A stretch of 48,722 nucleotides of DNA, from positions 20,127,564 to 20,176,285 of the forward strand of contig CM119264.1 in assembly GCA_051294375.1 (NCBI GenBank). The letters run 5' to 3'. Origin of the DNA: Paraspadella gotoi (Eukaryota > Animalia > Chaetognatha). This document shows, piece by piece, positions 1 to 11,900 of the stretch. A program made the position numbers and the translations under genes. The notes under the pieces were generated by a model. That model was not told the DNA's origin. It saw only the letters and a list, made by a program, of their open reading frames with translations, and made no database searches. Positions within the stretch are counted from its first letter, which is position 1. Each line of letters starts with the position of its first letter.

Positions 1-141
1 TAAATGTTTTAATTAATTAATTAATTAATATGGAAAAATGATGCAGTTTAAAAAAATTATGCCAGTTGAAAAAATGATGCAAGCAGAAAAATGATGCAAG
101 TTAAAAAAATCCTAAAAGCATAAGGATCGTTGCAATTGCAA

Positions 142-175
<34 letters not shown>

Positions 176-1574
176 CAGAAAAATGAGCATAAGGATCGTC
201 GCAATTGCAAAGAGAGAGAGAGAGAAAGAGAGCAGAAAATGAGCATAAGGATCGTTGCAATTGCAAAGAGAGAGAGAGAGTCCGAGATAAAAATTAGCTA
301 ATAAAAAAGTTGTTATTTTACTCACTGAATAAAAAAACTTAAAATACTTACAAAATACATAAAATTGATAAAATTATTATTCCGATAACATTGTTTAATC
401 ACATGCAATATATCTAGTAAGGCGAGCCAAAATTGAACACTTTTTATAACTTCTAGTTCTCTCAAAAAAATTTCTTTTTTCCTTCTACTACTAAATCGAT
501 TTTCAATGTAACTTTTTGAATTAGTTCATTGGGTTGTTGCACTGAAGCTTTTAAATATTTATTAATATATAACAAAAGACAAAAAAAATTTTAAAAATAT
601 GATTTTTTAAAGAACGGGTTCTTGTAGAGCTTAAAAAGTTAAATGAAAGTTAGTACTATAATTTTTTCAAATTTTGACAATAAATTGGTTAAAAATAGAA
701 AAAACCTTAAAAAATCATCATCATCATAATTATTGGCTGAATTTTATTTTAATAAATTTTTCATTAATAAAACAAAAAAAATTTAAAAAGTTGTATTAAT
801 AACCTTTATCTAACTTTTAAAGCTCTATCAGAATCTATAAAAAAAATTGATAAGCAAAATTTTTAAAATTGTTTTTATTTTTATATTATTTAATAGTCGC
901 TTAACCATTTAGTGTATGTTGAGAGAACTTCTAGTTTTCAACCTGTGTTTCCGGCCTAATATCTAGTAAGGTGGGCCAAAATTGAACACTTTTTATAACT
1001 TCTAGTACTCTTTAAAAAATTTTTTCCCTACCTTTTACTACTAAATCGATTTTCAATGTAATCTTTTGAATTAGTTCATTGGGTTTGTTGCACTCTGAAG
1101 CGTTTAAATATTTATTAATATATAATAATTATTAGTTAATTTTGTGACGGAATTGTGCCGCAGTGGAAATGAGTTTAGATGGAAAAAACATAAAGTCACA
1201 TTTACTTGAATCTTTAATATTAATGATTACTAATAAATGTTTTAATTAATTATTAATTAATTGATGATAAGAGAAAAAATGATGCATAGTTAAAAAAATA
1301 TTAAAAGCATAAAGATCGTCGCAATTGCATAAAAAAAGAGAGAGAGAGAGAAAAGGAGACATAAAATAAAATAGAGGATATTTGTGTTTTGATAAAATGT
1401 AAACAAACATATTTAATAACTGTCCTAACCCAATTTTAAGGACCATTGATGATGATCAGTTGAATATAAATTTAAAATATTACATATTAAAATTAATTAA
1501 TAATTATATTAATTAATTAATTAATAATATAATTATCGTAGGCAGATCCGACATTGTTTGGCTCAAAACTTGTT
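1..1574 (+). mobile_element. DINE-1/HINE-like element family H-A (3' part)
   Basis: Ends GCAGATCCGACATTGTTTGGCTCAAAACTTGTT; close match to 43080-44090 apart from an extra ~550-bp segment (about 570-1125). Confidence 0.75.
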
Positions 1575-2249
1575 TTTAAATGGGTAAATAACAAAATTGT
1601 TAAGTTAAATGAGTAAGCACATTTTTAAAAAATTTGTTTTTCAATCTGGTTGTTAAAATATCTAGGTAAGAAGTTAAAACACGGTATGGGATAGTTTAGA
1701 AAGGGGAGAATTAAACAATTAATCTCGTTACCTGTTGGTTTCCAGTCATGAACAAAATCTTCAGTAAAATAGATGGTTAAAGATATTCGAGCTACAATGA
1801 ATCTACACTGAATTTGAAGAGTGTCGCAGCCTAAATGACTGCAATAATATTGAATTAAAAATTTGATTAGCAATCTTAAAAAACATTTGTAAAAATGTAA
1901 GAGAGAACTTTTGATAAACGCGTTCCAGTTTGAAAGAATTCAGGGTTAAAGTTTAAAAACGTTCATTTTCAAGGATAACAAGTTGAATATTTAAAAATGT
2001 CTCTCTATTACATTTTTCTAATTCAGTAATATAAAATAATCATAAAAATTATAGTCAGTGGATTGCTTTTGTTTAACCCTGCAACTCTTCAGATAGGTTT
2101 CTTTTATTTTATATTAAACCGATACAAAATGGGGTAGAATGCATCAAATGCTTAAAGTGAATACATTTTCGGAATCGCCAGGAGCTCAGCTTTCTGAATT
2201 TGTACTCCATTTTAGCCTATTTAGAAGTTGAATTGAATGACCCTTTTTC
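1575..2249 (+). mobile_element. Kolobok-like TTAA element family K1, partial
   Basis: Ends TGAATGACCCTTTTTC|TTAA; serves as the uninterrupted reference for the nested copy at 37557-45900. Confidence 0.65.
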
Positions 2250-2388
2250 TTAAGAAGGTCTTGTGATGTCTCATGTTTTTTATTGATTCAAAGATTTTTT
2301 TATGAATTTTATCTTCAATATTATTTACTACAATATGTAAATTAGATTAAAGTATTTCTATATACTAATTTTGATATTATAATGAGTA

Positions 2389-2608
2389 CTGTAATCTCAT
2401 TTGCATGTTGCAGTAAATCATAATGAAGTAGAAATTCAAACAAAAAAGATAATCAGCGACTAGTTGGTTTAATTACCAATAAATGTACTTAGTTATCAAG
2501 TTCCATAAGTGAGGCAGTGAGGAAGTTGAAGTTCATATCGATTCAAGTATTTTTTGTTTGAATTTCCACTTCATTATGATTTACAGCAATATGCAAATTA
2601 GATTATAG
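2389..2608. mobile_element. 220-bp palindromic MITE, TA TSD
   Basis: About 60-bp TIRs CTGTAATCTCATTTGCATG.../...ATGCAAATTAGATTATAG; relatives at 2310-2375 and 29940-30075. Confidence 0.7.
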
Positions 2609-2670
2609 TACTTTTTCATTAATTTTCTTTGATAGTAAGGTCTGTCGAGATCCTTATACTTTTAAGATTT

Positions 2671-4233
2671 TTAGTGGGATCTGCTTTTAGCAGATCCTGA
2701 CTCTATAATTCACTTTGTCGTTCCGTCGGTCCGCCCCCTTAATCTTGTCGAGCATTCACTTAAATCATGTCAGAACATCGAATTATGATAAAAAATCTTA
2801 AAAGCATAAGGATCGTCACAATCGCATAAGAAAAATATGGATTGACGACAAATTTTGACACTAAAAAATACAATTTGAGAAAAGAAAATTAATTATCTAT
2901 AAACAGAAAGAAAAAATTATATTTATAAATTATAAATTAAAGTTACAGTTTCTGAAAAAAAAGAAAAAAACATTTTCATTGTCAAAAAATAAATTAATCA
3001 GCAGACGCAGCCCCTTAGGAAAAAACACAAAAAAAACCTGATGTTGCGATAGCAAAATGATAACATGCACGAATGCGATGCCTAATTTTACGAGTTCAAT
3101 CCTATTTCAATTTTTTTAAAATAAAAACCCAGAGAGAGAGAGAGAGAAAAGAAAGAAATCAAAAGGCAGCAGCAGAAGCAGCAGGAAAAAAGAGAGATAA
3201 AGAATAAGCCCCTGCAGAGCCAGCTGCAGACTCAAAAGGCAGCAGCAGAAGCAGCAGGAGAAAGAGAGGAAAAAGAATAAGCCCCTGCAGAGCCAGCTGC
3301 AGACTCGTTTTTTCCCTATGATTATGTTTATGAATCAGTGATGAGGGAAAAGAGAGAGGGAGAGAGACATGTAATTAAAAGAGAAAAGAGAGAGAGAGAA
3401 AGAAATATGAAAATAAAAGAGTAAAAATTTGTTTGTTTTGATAAAATGTAAACAAAACATATTTATAACTATCCAGACTCAATTTTAAGCACATCGATGA
3501 TGAGAGAAGCTGTATATAAATTTTCAGTTTCATAAACCCAAATTTAATCATAAAAAAGGCGATCTATAATTTGGACCGCTGACGACAACAAACGACGACG
3601 ACGACAACGACGACGACGCCACTTATGGGCAAAAGCGTTACAAAGTATTTGTTCGCAAACGCTAAGCGATTGCGACGATAATTATACAAAAAAATGATGT
3701 CCGTCCATCCGTCCGTACGTCCCACCTTAGCAAAAAGCTCCAATAACTCGTGATTGGGTGGTTGGATTGAAATGAAATTTTGTGTGGGTGGAATCGTGCG
3801 AGTGGAAATGAGTTCAAATGAAAAAAATATGAGTCACATTTACTTGAATCTTTTTACTTATTTTAACCCATAATTACTGGAATTAACCATAATTGAATTA
3901 ATAGATTAAGATGAAATTTTGTAATATTGGATGGATAGATTGAGTTGAAAAGTGTGTGAAGAAGCTAGATATAAAGTTTTGACGGAATTGTGGCAGTGGA
4001 AATGAGTTTAAATGGAAAAAACATAAGTCACAATTACTTGAATCTTTTTATTTATGATTACTAATAAATGTTTTAATTAATTAATTAATTAATGTGAAAA
4101 AATGATGCAATTTAAAAAATGATGCAAGTTGAAAAAAATGATGCGAGTTGAAAAAATTATGCGGGTTCCAAAAAATTTTTAAAAATATTGTGATTTATCA
4201 TGGCAGATCCGACATTGTTTGCTCAAACTTGTT
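2671..4233 (+). mobile_element. HINE H-A, full length, hosting an H-B copy
   Basis: 5' subTIR plus inverted copy (TTAGTGGGATCTGC...GCAGATCC), (GTCC)n microsatellite, ~120-bp central repeats, 3' subTIR GCAGATCCGAC plus stem-loop GTTTG-CT-CAAAC; T-run insertion site. Confidence 0.8.
2790..3681 (-). mobile_element. HINE family H-B
   Basis: subTIR ATCGTCGCAATCGC at both ends, (GTC)n microsatellite, 3' CTTATGCTTTTAAG hairpin plus T run; empty site visible in the H-A copy near 38600, no TSD. Confidence 0.8.
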
Positions 4234-4275
4234 TTTTTCATTCGTCACTTCCTATTATGTCCTTTCCCCTTTTAC

Positions 4276-4880
4276 CTCAGAGAATCCGACTTCTCGAGGA
4301 AAACCAGACTTTTCTTTCGCTATACTATGCCATCTTGCAAAAGGCTCCCGAGCCGGATTCCAGGTCGAATTTTCGCCAGGTTTATCGATCCCTGAGCAAT
4401 CCGATCGGTTCGAAGATTTAGATTCAAGTTGATGATTGTGGCGTCGTCCTTCCGCTTCGGGATTTGATTGGTCATGCAACCGTCGCCTGCTCACCGCTTC
4501 TTTGAATCTTTGATTAGGCGAGGGGGTCAGTGCGTATATGCCCGCGCCTTCCAGTCTCGAATCTCCGACGATCTCGTGTCTCCGCTGTTTGGGCGAGTTT
4601 CTATTCTTCACTTCGATACCCAATTGCTGTTCGGAACTTTGATGAGGATATTGTGGCTGCGGTGATTGCAAAGTGCTCCGATTAAATTTCTGCCTCATCA
4701 ACGAAGACTCGATTTCCCGCTGATGTTTGGGTATGATATCACAAAATTGTTGCTGTTGATGTATTTTTGAATTAGTTTCATTGAGGGACTGATTTTGTTG
4801 TTGCTCATCTTGTTTGCTCCAAAAAACCGAGGGTCGATCTTTAAGTGCGGGACGTTGACCGAAAGTCGAAGAAAGCGAGG
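4276..4880 (-). CDS. Gene 2 exon 5 (Gln/Ser-rich, probably disordered)
   Basis: Acceptor ctttacctatttttatgtcag phase 1 matches the exon 4 donor; 605 bp open; either donor GAG|gtaaaa at 4276 or read-through to the stop at 4255. Confidence 0.6.
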
Positions 4881-5012
4881 CTGACATAAAAATAGGTAAA
4901 GCAATTAAAAAATCGTTACAAACAATATAAAAATTATCCATTCATTTAAAAAATAAGCGGCTAAATTTTACTTTCGACGACAGCGATCTTTTGAGAAACT
5001 GCTTATTTTTAA

Positions 5013-5861
5013 AACAAGTTTAAGCAAACAATGTCGGATCTGCCCACGATCATTAGCGGTAATTAATTAATACAAACTATATAAACTAAAATAATATTTT
5101 AATTAATAAATTAATTAATTTTATCCGAAATGTTTGTTTTTAGGTCTTTTTGTCACTAACCACAACAAAAGCAACGACGACGATGATGGCGACGACGACA
5201 ATAATGGCGATAACGATTGACTGATTGAATAATTAATTAAGAGATATCTAAATAAATTGATTGATTGAATAATTTATTGATTAATTTACCGATTAATTAT
5301 TTATTAATTGATTAATTAACTAATTAATTATTTGATTAATTAATACATCTTGCATTTACATTTAATATAAAAAGAAAAAGAAGCATAATCAATTGGTGAA
5401 ACAGTTTTTTTGTTTTTTCCATTTAAACTCATTTCCACTCAGACGATTCCATCGAAACTTGATTTCCAGCTTAATCACACACTTTCCTACCCACATACAA
5501 AATTTCAAATCAATCGCCCCATCCACTCATTAGTAATTGGCATTCAAATAATAAAAAATATTTTTTTGTTTTTTCCATTTAAACTCATTTCCACTCGCAC
5601 GATTCCATCAAAACTTCATATCTCGCTCAATCACACACTTTCCTAAACAAACAAAAATTTAATTCCAATCCATCCATCCAATCAGGAGCAATTGGAGTTT
5701 TTTGCTAAGGTGGGACGGACGGACGGACGGACATCGTTTTATTTGCAAAATATATCATAATTCAATGTTCTGACATATAAGTGAATGCCCGACAAGATTG
5801 GGGGGCGGACCGACGGACCGACAAAGTGAATTATAGAGTCGGGATCTGCTGATCCAACTAA
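5013..5861 (-). mobile_element. HINE H-A
   Basis: Both termini and the (GGAC)n tract present in reverse orientation. Confidence 0.8.
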
Positions 5862-6274
5862 AAAATTTAAAAAATTATTATCTAATTATCTAATTCTACA
5901 TGGTAGTCTTATCCCTATTGGTAAAAAAAATCATATATAACATTGGCCCCCATAAAAAAATTATCCATTCCCACCCCTTTCTGTTCAGCCTTTTAGATAT
6001 TATGATTTTTCATTAATGACTTTCTAACAGAAATGATGTGTGATATCTATTAGTAAACTAGGACAGATAGTAATCTAACCTTGTGTTGTATATATGCTCC
6101 CTCTATTTCCAGAAGACAACACTGACTTCCCCTTCCCAAATTGAATTATTAGATAAATAAAACTTTTTTAAAAAAGAAAGCAATATATATTTGTATAAAT
6201 AATATAGATTAAATACTAAATCCTTCATAAAATATAAAATTAAAAAATAGTGAAACAAGTAATTTGCAAATTTT

Positions 6275-6522
6275 CATGATGACAATTTTATAAGCGCCGG
6301 TAGAGAAGTGAAGTGAAGAGAAGAGCCGAAATTTGTTTTGAGCGAGTGGGGGAGCTGCTTTAAATATTATATTTAAAATATTTCGCGGTATTTATTGTTG
6401 GTTGTTTCTAGTCAATATGATTTTTATCTCCTCTACCCAATGAAATAAATTTTTAAACTAATTTTTAACGCGTTTTTGAATGACAGCTCTTTTTTAATGG
6501 CGCTTATAAAATTGTCACCATG
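6275..6522. mobile_element. MITE with 24-bp TIR beginning CATGATG (P-element-like end)
   Basis: CATGATGACAATTTTATAAGCGCC and GGCGCTTATAAAATTGTCACCATG; no TSD seen; a related end lies near 28585-28607. Confidence 0.55.
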
Positions 6523-6559
6523 TACCCTAACCCCGGTCGGTGAAAGTAAAGTTAACCCA

Positions 6560-6910
6560 AGTAAACTATCTCAGCCCTGACATTGGACTGGCTTTGGTGG
6601 TTTAAGGCGTCCTTTACAATTACAAGACAATAACATAGCAGGACCCTACAATCATTCAAACAAGGCTCTCTCAGTCTTGTTTATTCACACCCAGAGTACC
6701 CGGCTTCTCTATCAAATGGTCTAAAGTTTTAAAGTATATTTAATTTGTATAAAAGGAACACTCTATGACAACGGGGGAACATTAGTGACCGTGAGGGGAT
6801 TGAACCCGGAACTCAGGGTTGGTGAAGAAGTACTTTGCAGCCCAAGCCAATCGGACAAGCTGAGTTTTACCAAGCTATACGGGAGGCGAATTTAGGATTC
6901 GCCACAACTC
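6560..6910 (-). mobile_element. Degenerate element: leader hairpin + tRNA-like head + family A body with decayed twister
   Basis: Hairpin GGCGAAT/ATTCGCC near 6885-6903, B box GGTTCAATCC near 6800, family A homology about 6567-6716; twister 6567-6629 has GA changed to AA and other lesions. Confidence 0.55.
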
Positions 6911-7707
6911 CCTTCATAACCACAAATTTCAAGCATTGTAATTTGTCTTAATCTTCTTATTGGTTATCTAAACTTTAAAATGCTATGTCGGAATTTTTTC
7001 TTTCTTTCTTTTCTTTCTTTTTCTTTTCTGTACAGGGGAGGGACCCTACATCGAGACAAAACGTAACGTCCTGCCTTGTCTGAACGATTTGAGATACAAT
7101 AATAAAATGAGTGGCAAAACTTTGGGGAGAATTTTTACATTTATATGTAATGAAAAAAAAATTTTAAGCAACTACAAGGCGTCGCGTCGTGGATGTTTTC
7201 AAAACATTTAGTCGCGCACATTGTAAAAGCCATACTTTTCATAGGTCGTTTCTGAATTCACCCGATTTTAAGCTTTTCATCTCTATCCAAATTGAACCAG
7301 CTACAGCTCCAGCTCTAATGGGCCTAACACCAAGTGCTTACAGCACAAAAACGTTTATGATAAAAGCAAAATGAGACCATTTTTGGAAATTAGGCTAAAT
7401 TTTCTTTCCATCGATATCACAAATGTCTAGAAAATCCAACAGCAACTACTGTATTTAAAGCTTTTTGCATAACATAAAATTTAGTTTTAATAAAAACTAA
7501 ACTATAACTTACTCAAATCTTACCTACTTACTTTATAAATTTTTTTAACCAAAATACTATGTACACCTTGCCAGAAGCATTGTTATACTATAAATAAGTA
7601 CTTCCAAAAATATTTTCACTGTTATGTAATGGGATTTAACAATAAATATTCCAAACCGCGCAGTTGCCTTTGCTGCATAAAAAAAAGCATCAAAATAAAT
7701 AATATTT

Positions 7708-7948
7708 TGAAGAGACAGTAATAATTATAATTGTTAAGAGTTAATGACTGAATCATTCAATATTAGCAGTCTCTGAGCTTCGAATCAGGATGTAACACTG
7801 TGTTAACAGGCGGGTTAAGCGCCCTGTCCCTCTTAACTGCTAGGCGACCACCAGGCTAGAACCACAAACCTTTGGGTTGGGAGGCAAATGCCTTGCCTCC
7901 TGTACCAATGGCCGCTGATGAACGGTTGGTTTATTTTAGTCCACCATA
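7708..7948 (-). mobile_element. Family B tRNA-twister element, diverged copy
   Basis: Colinear with 46596-46814; twister 7764-7842 has an intact P5 (TAGCAGT/ACTGCTA) but a damaged T1 (CAG/TCG). Confidence 0.75.
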
Positions 7949-8953
7949 CATCCCCCTCCCCTAGAGATAAGTCTGTTTGCGTTAGGCGTGTGCCAAAGTT
8001 GCCAAAGTTTCTCGATTTTCAAATGAGGTCTCGGATAATATGGGAGGCCTAAAAAAGATGTTAGGAACAATCGCCGTTTTAGAATAGAAGCTGATCGCTG
8101 GCCGTGCTACCCTGCCTTGAAGGATTTTTGGGCACACCTTTCACGTTCATAGTTCATATGTGTTAAAGTAAGAAAGGTTTTTTGTTGTCCAACTTAAATT
8201 TAATTAGTTGTAAAAGTTAGAAAGTTAATTCAAATAAATTTCACAAGATCCCAACTACCTCTGAGGCTCTGCTGCAGCATTTACAACATGCGGAGGAGGT
8301 GGTAGCTATTAAAATAAAGATTATATCTTTTGAGTGCTGATGGTACTATAAAAGGTTCCTATAAAATTAATATTCATTAACAAGCCCTTTAACTAATTTC
8401 ATAACCTTTTTTTGAAAATGCAAGTATGTCTACACTCCTGGAGGATACTTCTTGTACAGTTTTTATAAATTGCTTAATTATATACAAAAATATAATATCT
8501 AATTAATTAGATAGTAAGACACAGTTTATAAAACTAGATAAGATAAAGTTTTTGGAAATCTTAAATTAAATTGACCAACAACTTCTCATGGGAGCCTCCT
8601 TTTGAAGGATTCTGAAAATTTATTCCACACCACATCAATTAAAAAAAAAGAAAGTTATGTTATCAAAAATAGCTTTAAAATAATAGTAATAAATTAAATA
8701 AAAAATTTTTACAGATATCATGATTACATTATACGAGGATGTGGACAAGGCTTGCTAGCTGATAGCTTTTCATTAACAAAGAAATAAAATCCTTATTTTT
8801 TGTTTAAAATATGGCCATAATAAATGATACCAAAAACAATTACTTTTAACCAAGGTGTGCCTAAATCTTTGTAAGATTCTTCATGTACAGACTGCCTGAA
8901 GGATAAAAATATCTTTTTATTATTATTATAGAATAAATATATATTTTATCATA

Positions 8954-10115
8954 GCGAGGAAAACCTGCTATGTCAATTATCTTTGTAAAGAGTGATGAGG
9001 GCCTTAAACACCAAAGCCTGTCCAAAGTCAGAGGGCAAGCATATGCTATTTATTAATGAAGGATAATTTTTATATTGTGTGTATAAACCAATTCAATAAA
9101 ATCAGCTCCTTGTATTTTGTTATGCATAGTGCGGATAACAATAAGTAATTCCGCACGATCTAATCTTAAGGGAGTGGTCTTTTCATAACAATTGAAACAT
9201 TCTTTGAAATATTTTCCACTTTCAATTGATAGGGAAGGCAGGTACTCTGTGAGAGTGAATAAACAACTGTGAGAGAGTCTTGAGTTGAAAAGCGTTGCAA
9301 GGACCTGCTATGTCATTATCTTGTAAGAAGTGATGGAGGGCCTTTAAACCACCAAAGCCTGTCAAAGTCAGGGGCAAGATTACTTATTTTATTAAATGAA
9401 TGGTACATTTTTAATTGGGTTGTACCATATTTCATAAAATTCAGACTCCTTGTATTTGATGCTATGCGGAGTACAATAATGTATTCCCCCGATCTAATAC
9501 TTAAGGGAGTGGTCTTTTCATACATATTGCAAACATCCATTTTGAATTTTTCCACTTCATTGATAGCGGAAGCCAGTACTCTGGGATGTGAATAAACGAG
9601 CTGTGAGAGAGTAGTCTGATTGAAAGCTTGCAGGGACCATGCTATGTCCATTACTTGTAGAGAGTGATGGAGGCCGTTAAGACCACCAAAGGCCTGTCCA
9701 AATCAGGGCAAGATACGCTTATTTATTAAATGAGATGGATAATTTTTGGTAATATATGGTTGTTAACCAATTTTCATAAAATTCAGCTCCGTTGTCATTT
9801 TGAGATGCTAGTGCGAGGTACATAAGTATTCCGCGATTCTAATACTATAAGGAGTGGTCTTTTCATACAATTGAACACATTCTTTGAAATATTCCATCCA
9901 GTTGATAGAGGAAGCCAGGGTACTTTCTGGTGAGTGAATAAACGAGATCTGTGAGAGAGGCTGATTGAAAGCTTGCAGGGATCCTGCTAGTTGTCATTAT
10001 CTTGTAAGATGTGGAGGCCCTTAACCTACCAAAGCCTGTCAATAGTCAGGGCGACAAGATAGCTTATTTATTAAATGAATGGATGAATTTTTTTATATTG
10101 TTGTTACAATTTCAT
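8954..10115 (+). repeat. Head-to-tail array of ~340-bp units (about 3.4 units, 4 twister motifs), retrozyme-like
   Basis: Twister motifs at 8978-9043, 9317-9381, 9652-9715 and 9998-10061 (spacings 339, 335, 346); each copy has different small indels; the array is absent from the opposite foldback arm, so it is an insertion. Confidence 0.85.
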
Positions 10116-11469
10116 GGATTATTGATCAGAATAAAGGCAATCAGCCTGAGTTAACTAAGAATATATAATATCTAATAAATACGATAAAATATCCTATATA
10201 AAATAGCTAAACTTCATTTACTTTAAATCTTAAGTTTTGGTTTTCTTTTATAAATGTTTGGTGTATTATAATTTTATCATATTTTAATTATATCTTACAA
10301 TTCTAATTTTCCTACTGCATGATATGTAAAGAAGGTGATTAACTGGATTTATTGGTTTATTAATTTTTTGATTTACATGAATTGAGTGGGGTCAATTAAT
10401 TAATTGATATGTAGTGTGGTTTGATTCTCTTTTACAGATTGTGTTGAATGATGAGGAATATCTGCATCATATATAGTAGATCAATATGAATTGTACTATT
10501 AAAGAACTTAATAAAATATGATTTCATAATATAATCACTGAACTCATATATCAATAAAAATTTTTTTATTATATCCATTTGGTCGGTCCATCAATCCGCC
10601 CACTCAGTCTGGCACTCAGTCACTTAATCATTCAAAAAATCGGAGATTAGATAAAAATTCTTGACAAAAAAGTTAATATCCGTCTCGTCCTGTGTCTATT
10701 CCAATAACATTAATGAAAAAAACAATTTAACAATGTTACAAATCTTTTATACTAATCTTAACCTATAATTATTTTAAGTAATCTACAAATTGGAGTAGAT
10801 GAGAAATAAATTTTTGGTATGGGTAGGAAAGTGTGTGTTGATTAGGCATGACGATATAAATAGGTTAAAAAAAATGATGCAAATAAAAAAATGAGGCAAA
10901 TTAATAAAAATGAATGCAAATTAAAAATGATGCAAGTTAAAAAAATAATGTGAGTTAAAAAGTATGATGTAATTTAAAAAAAATTGATGGACGGACCCGA
11001 GATTGAATAAACTATTTAAAAACAAATCACCTTTAAAAGTGGTTTATGTCACAGGTTTTCAGAGGCATTATTTCTCTCCTCACTGGAGTCTGGACGTTTC
11101 TAACGGTTAAATAATTCGCGATATCTTTTATCTTTCGCTATTCAATATTTTTCTCTTGCGGGAGAACAGGGCAAAGGCAGCAGCCAGAAGTCCACGGCCA
11201 CGTCGTGTCGTTGACCATGACGCGCGTAAATTGATGTTCTGATGATTAAGGTAAATGACCACCCAGATTCAGGTGTGGATGCGCTGGATCAACAAAATGG
11301 ATTATCAAAAGAATTTTTTTACACTGATTTATCTAATATTAAATGATTAATTTACTGAAACTCATAATTTTATCAAGTGTTTATAGTACATATATTGATT
11401 TAATCAGTATGAGTACAGATATTCTATTCCTTCAAACAACTGTAAAATGAATAAGTCAACCAAACTATA

Positions 11470-11900
11470 GAGATGTTTACAAGGTGTCTGCATGACAATA
11501 CGTTACAAGGTGTTTGGCGGATTCGCAGATGGATGGAGAAGTGGTACATTAAGGGTAGGTGGATCAGGGAGATCTGACAGAGGCTAAAATGACGGGCAGC
11601 TGGTGAAGCATGATGCAGGCCACGCTGAGAGTCGGGGTGTCAAAGGAGTAGCAGTACCAGCAGTGTACTTGTCTGACGCTACAGTGTGCGCATGGATAAA
11701 GGACGTTTGTGGGCAAAGTTTGTATAGTTGAGAGGACTGTTAAGATGGATGGGGCATATGGGCATGACTGTGATGAAGCACTGGGCGTGGCGGAACACTT
11801 AGCGTCTCGAGCGCTAATTAAGCGGACCGGCCACTAAGATCGCGCTTAGAGATTAGAGACGCGGTGGCCGAAAAGACGGAGCTGACTAAGATTTGAATTT
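11470..11900 (+). pseudogene. Degraded 3' fragment of an RTE-like non-LTR retrotransposon
   Basis: GC-richer insert in the right foldback arm; encodes LRWMGHMGM (RTE consensus LRWxGHxxRM) near 11740-11770, followed by a GRP-like remnant; many frameshifts. Confidence 0.45.

Noticed and set aside
7915-7948. CTGATGA in family B elements as a hammerhead core
   Set aside because: No downstream GAAA or cleavage triplet; it is the antisense of the leader-tRNA junction.
9316-9651. 111-aa ORF and faint resemblance of the 340-bp unit to a LINE RT thumb region
   Set aside because: Frames are not conserved between units, and the covarying twister fold explains the conserved part better.
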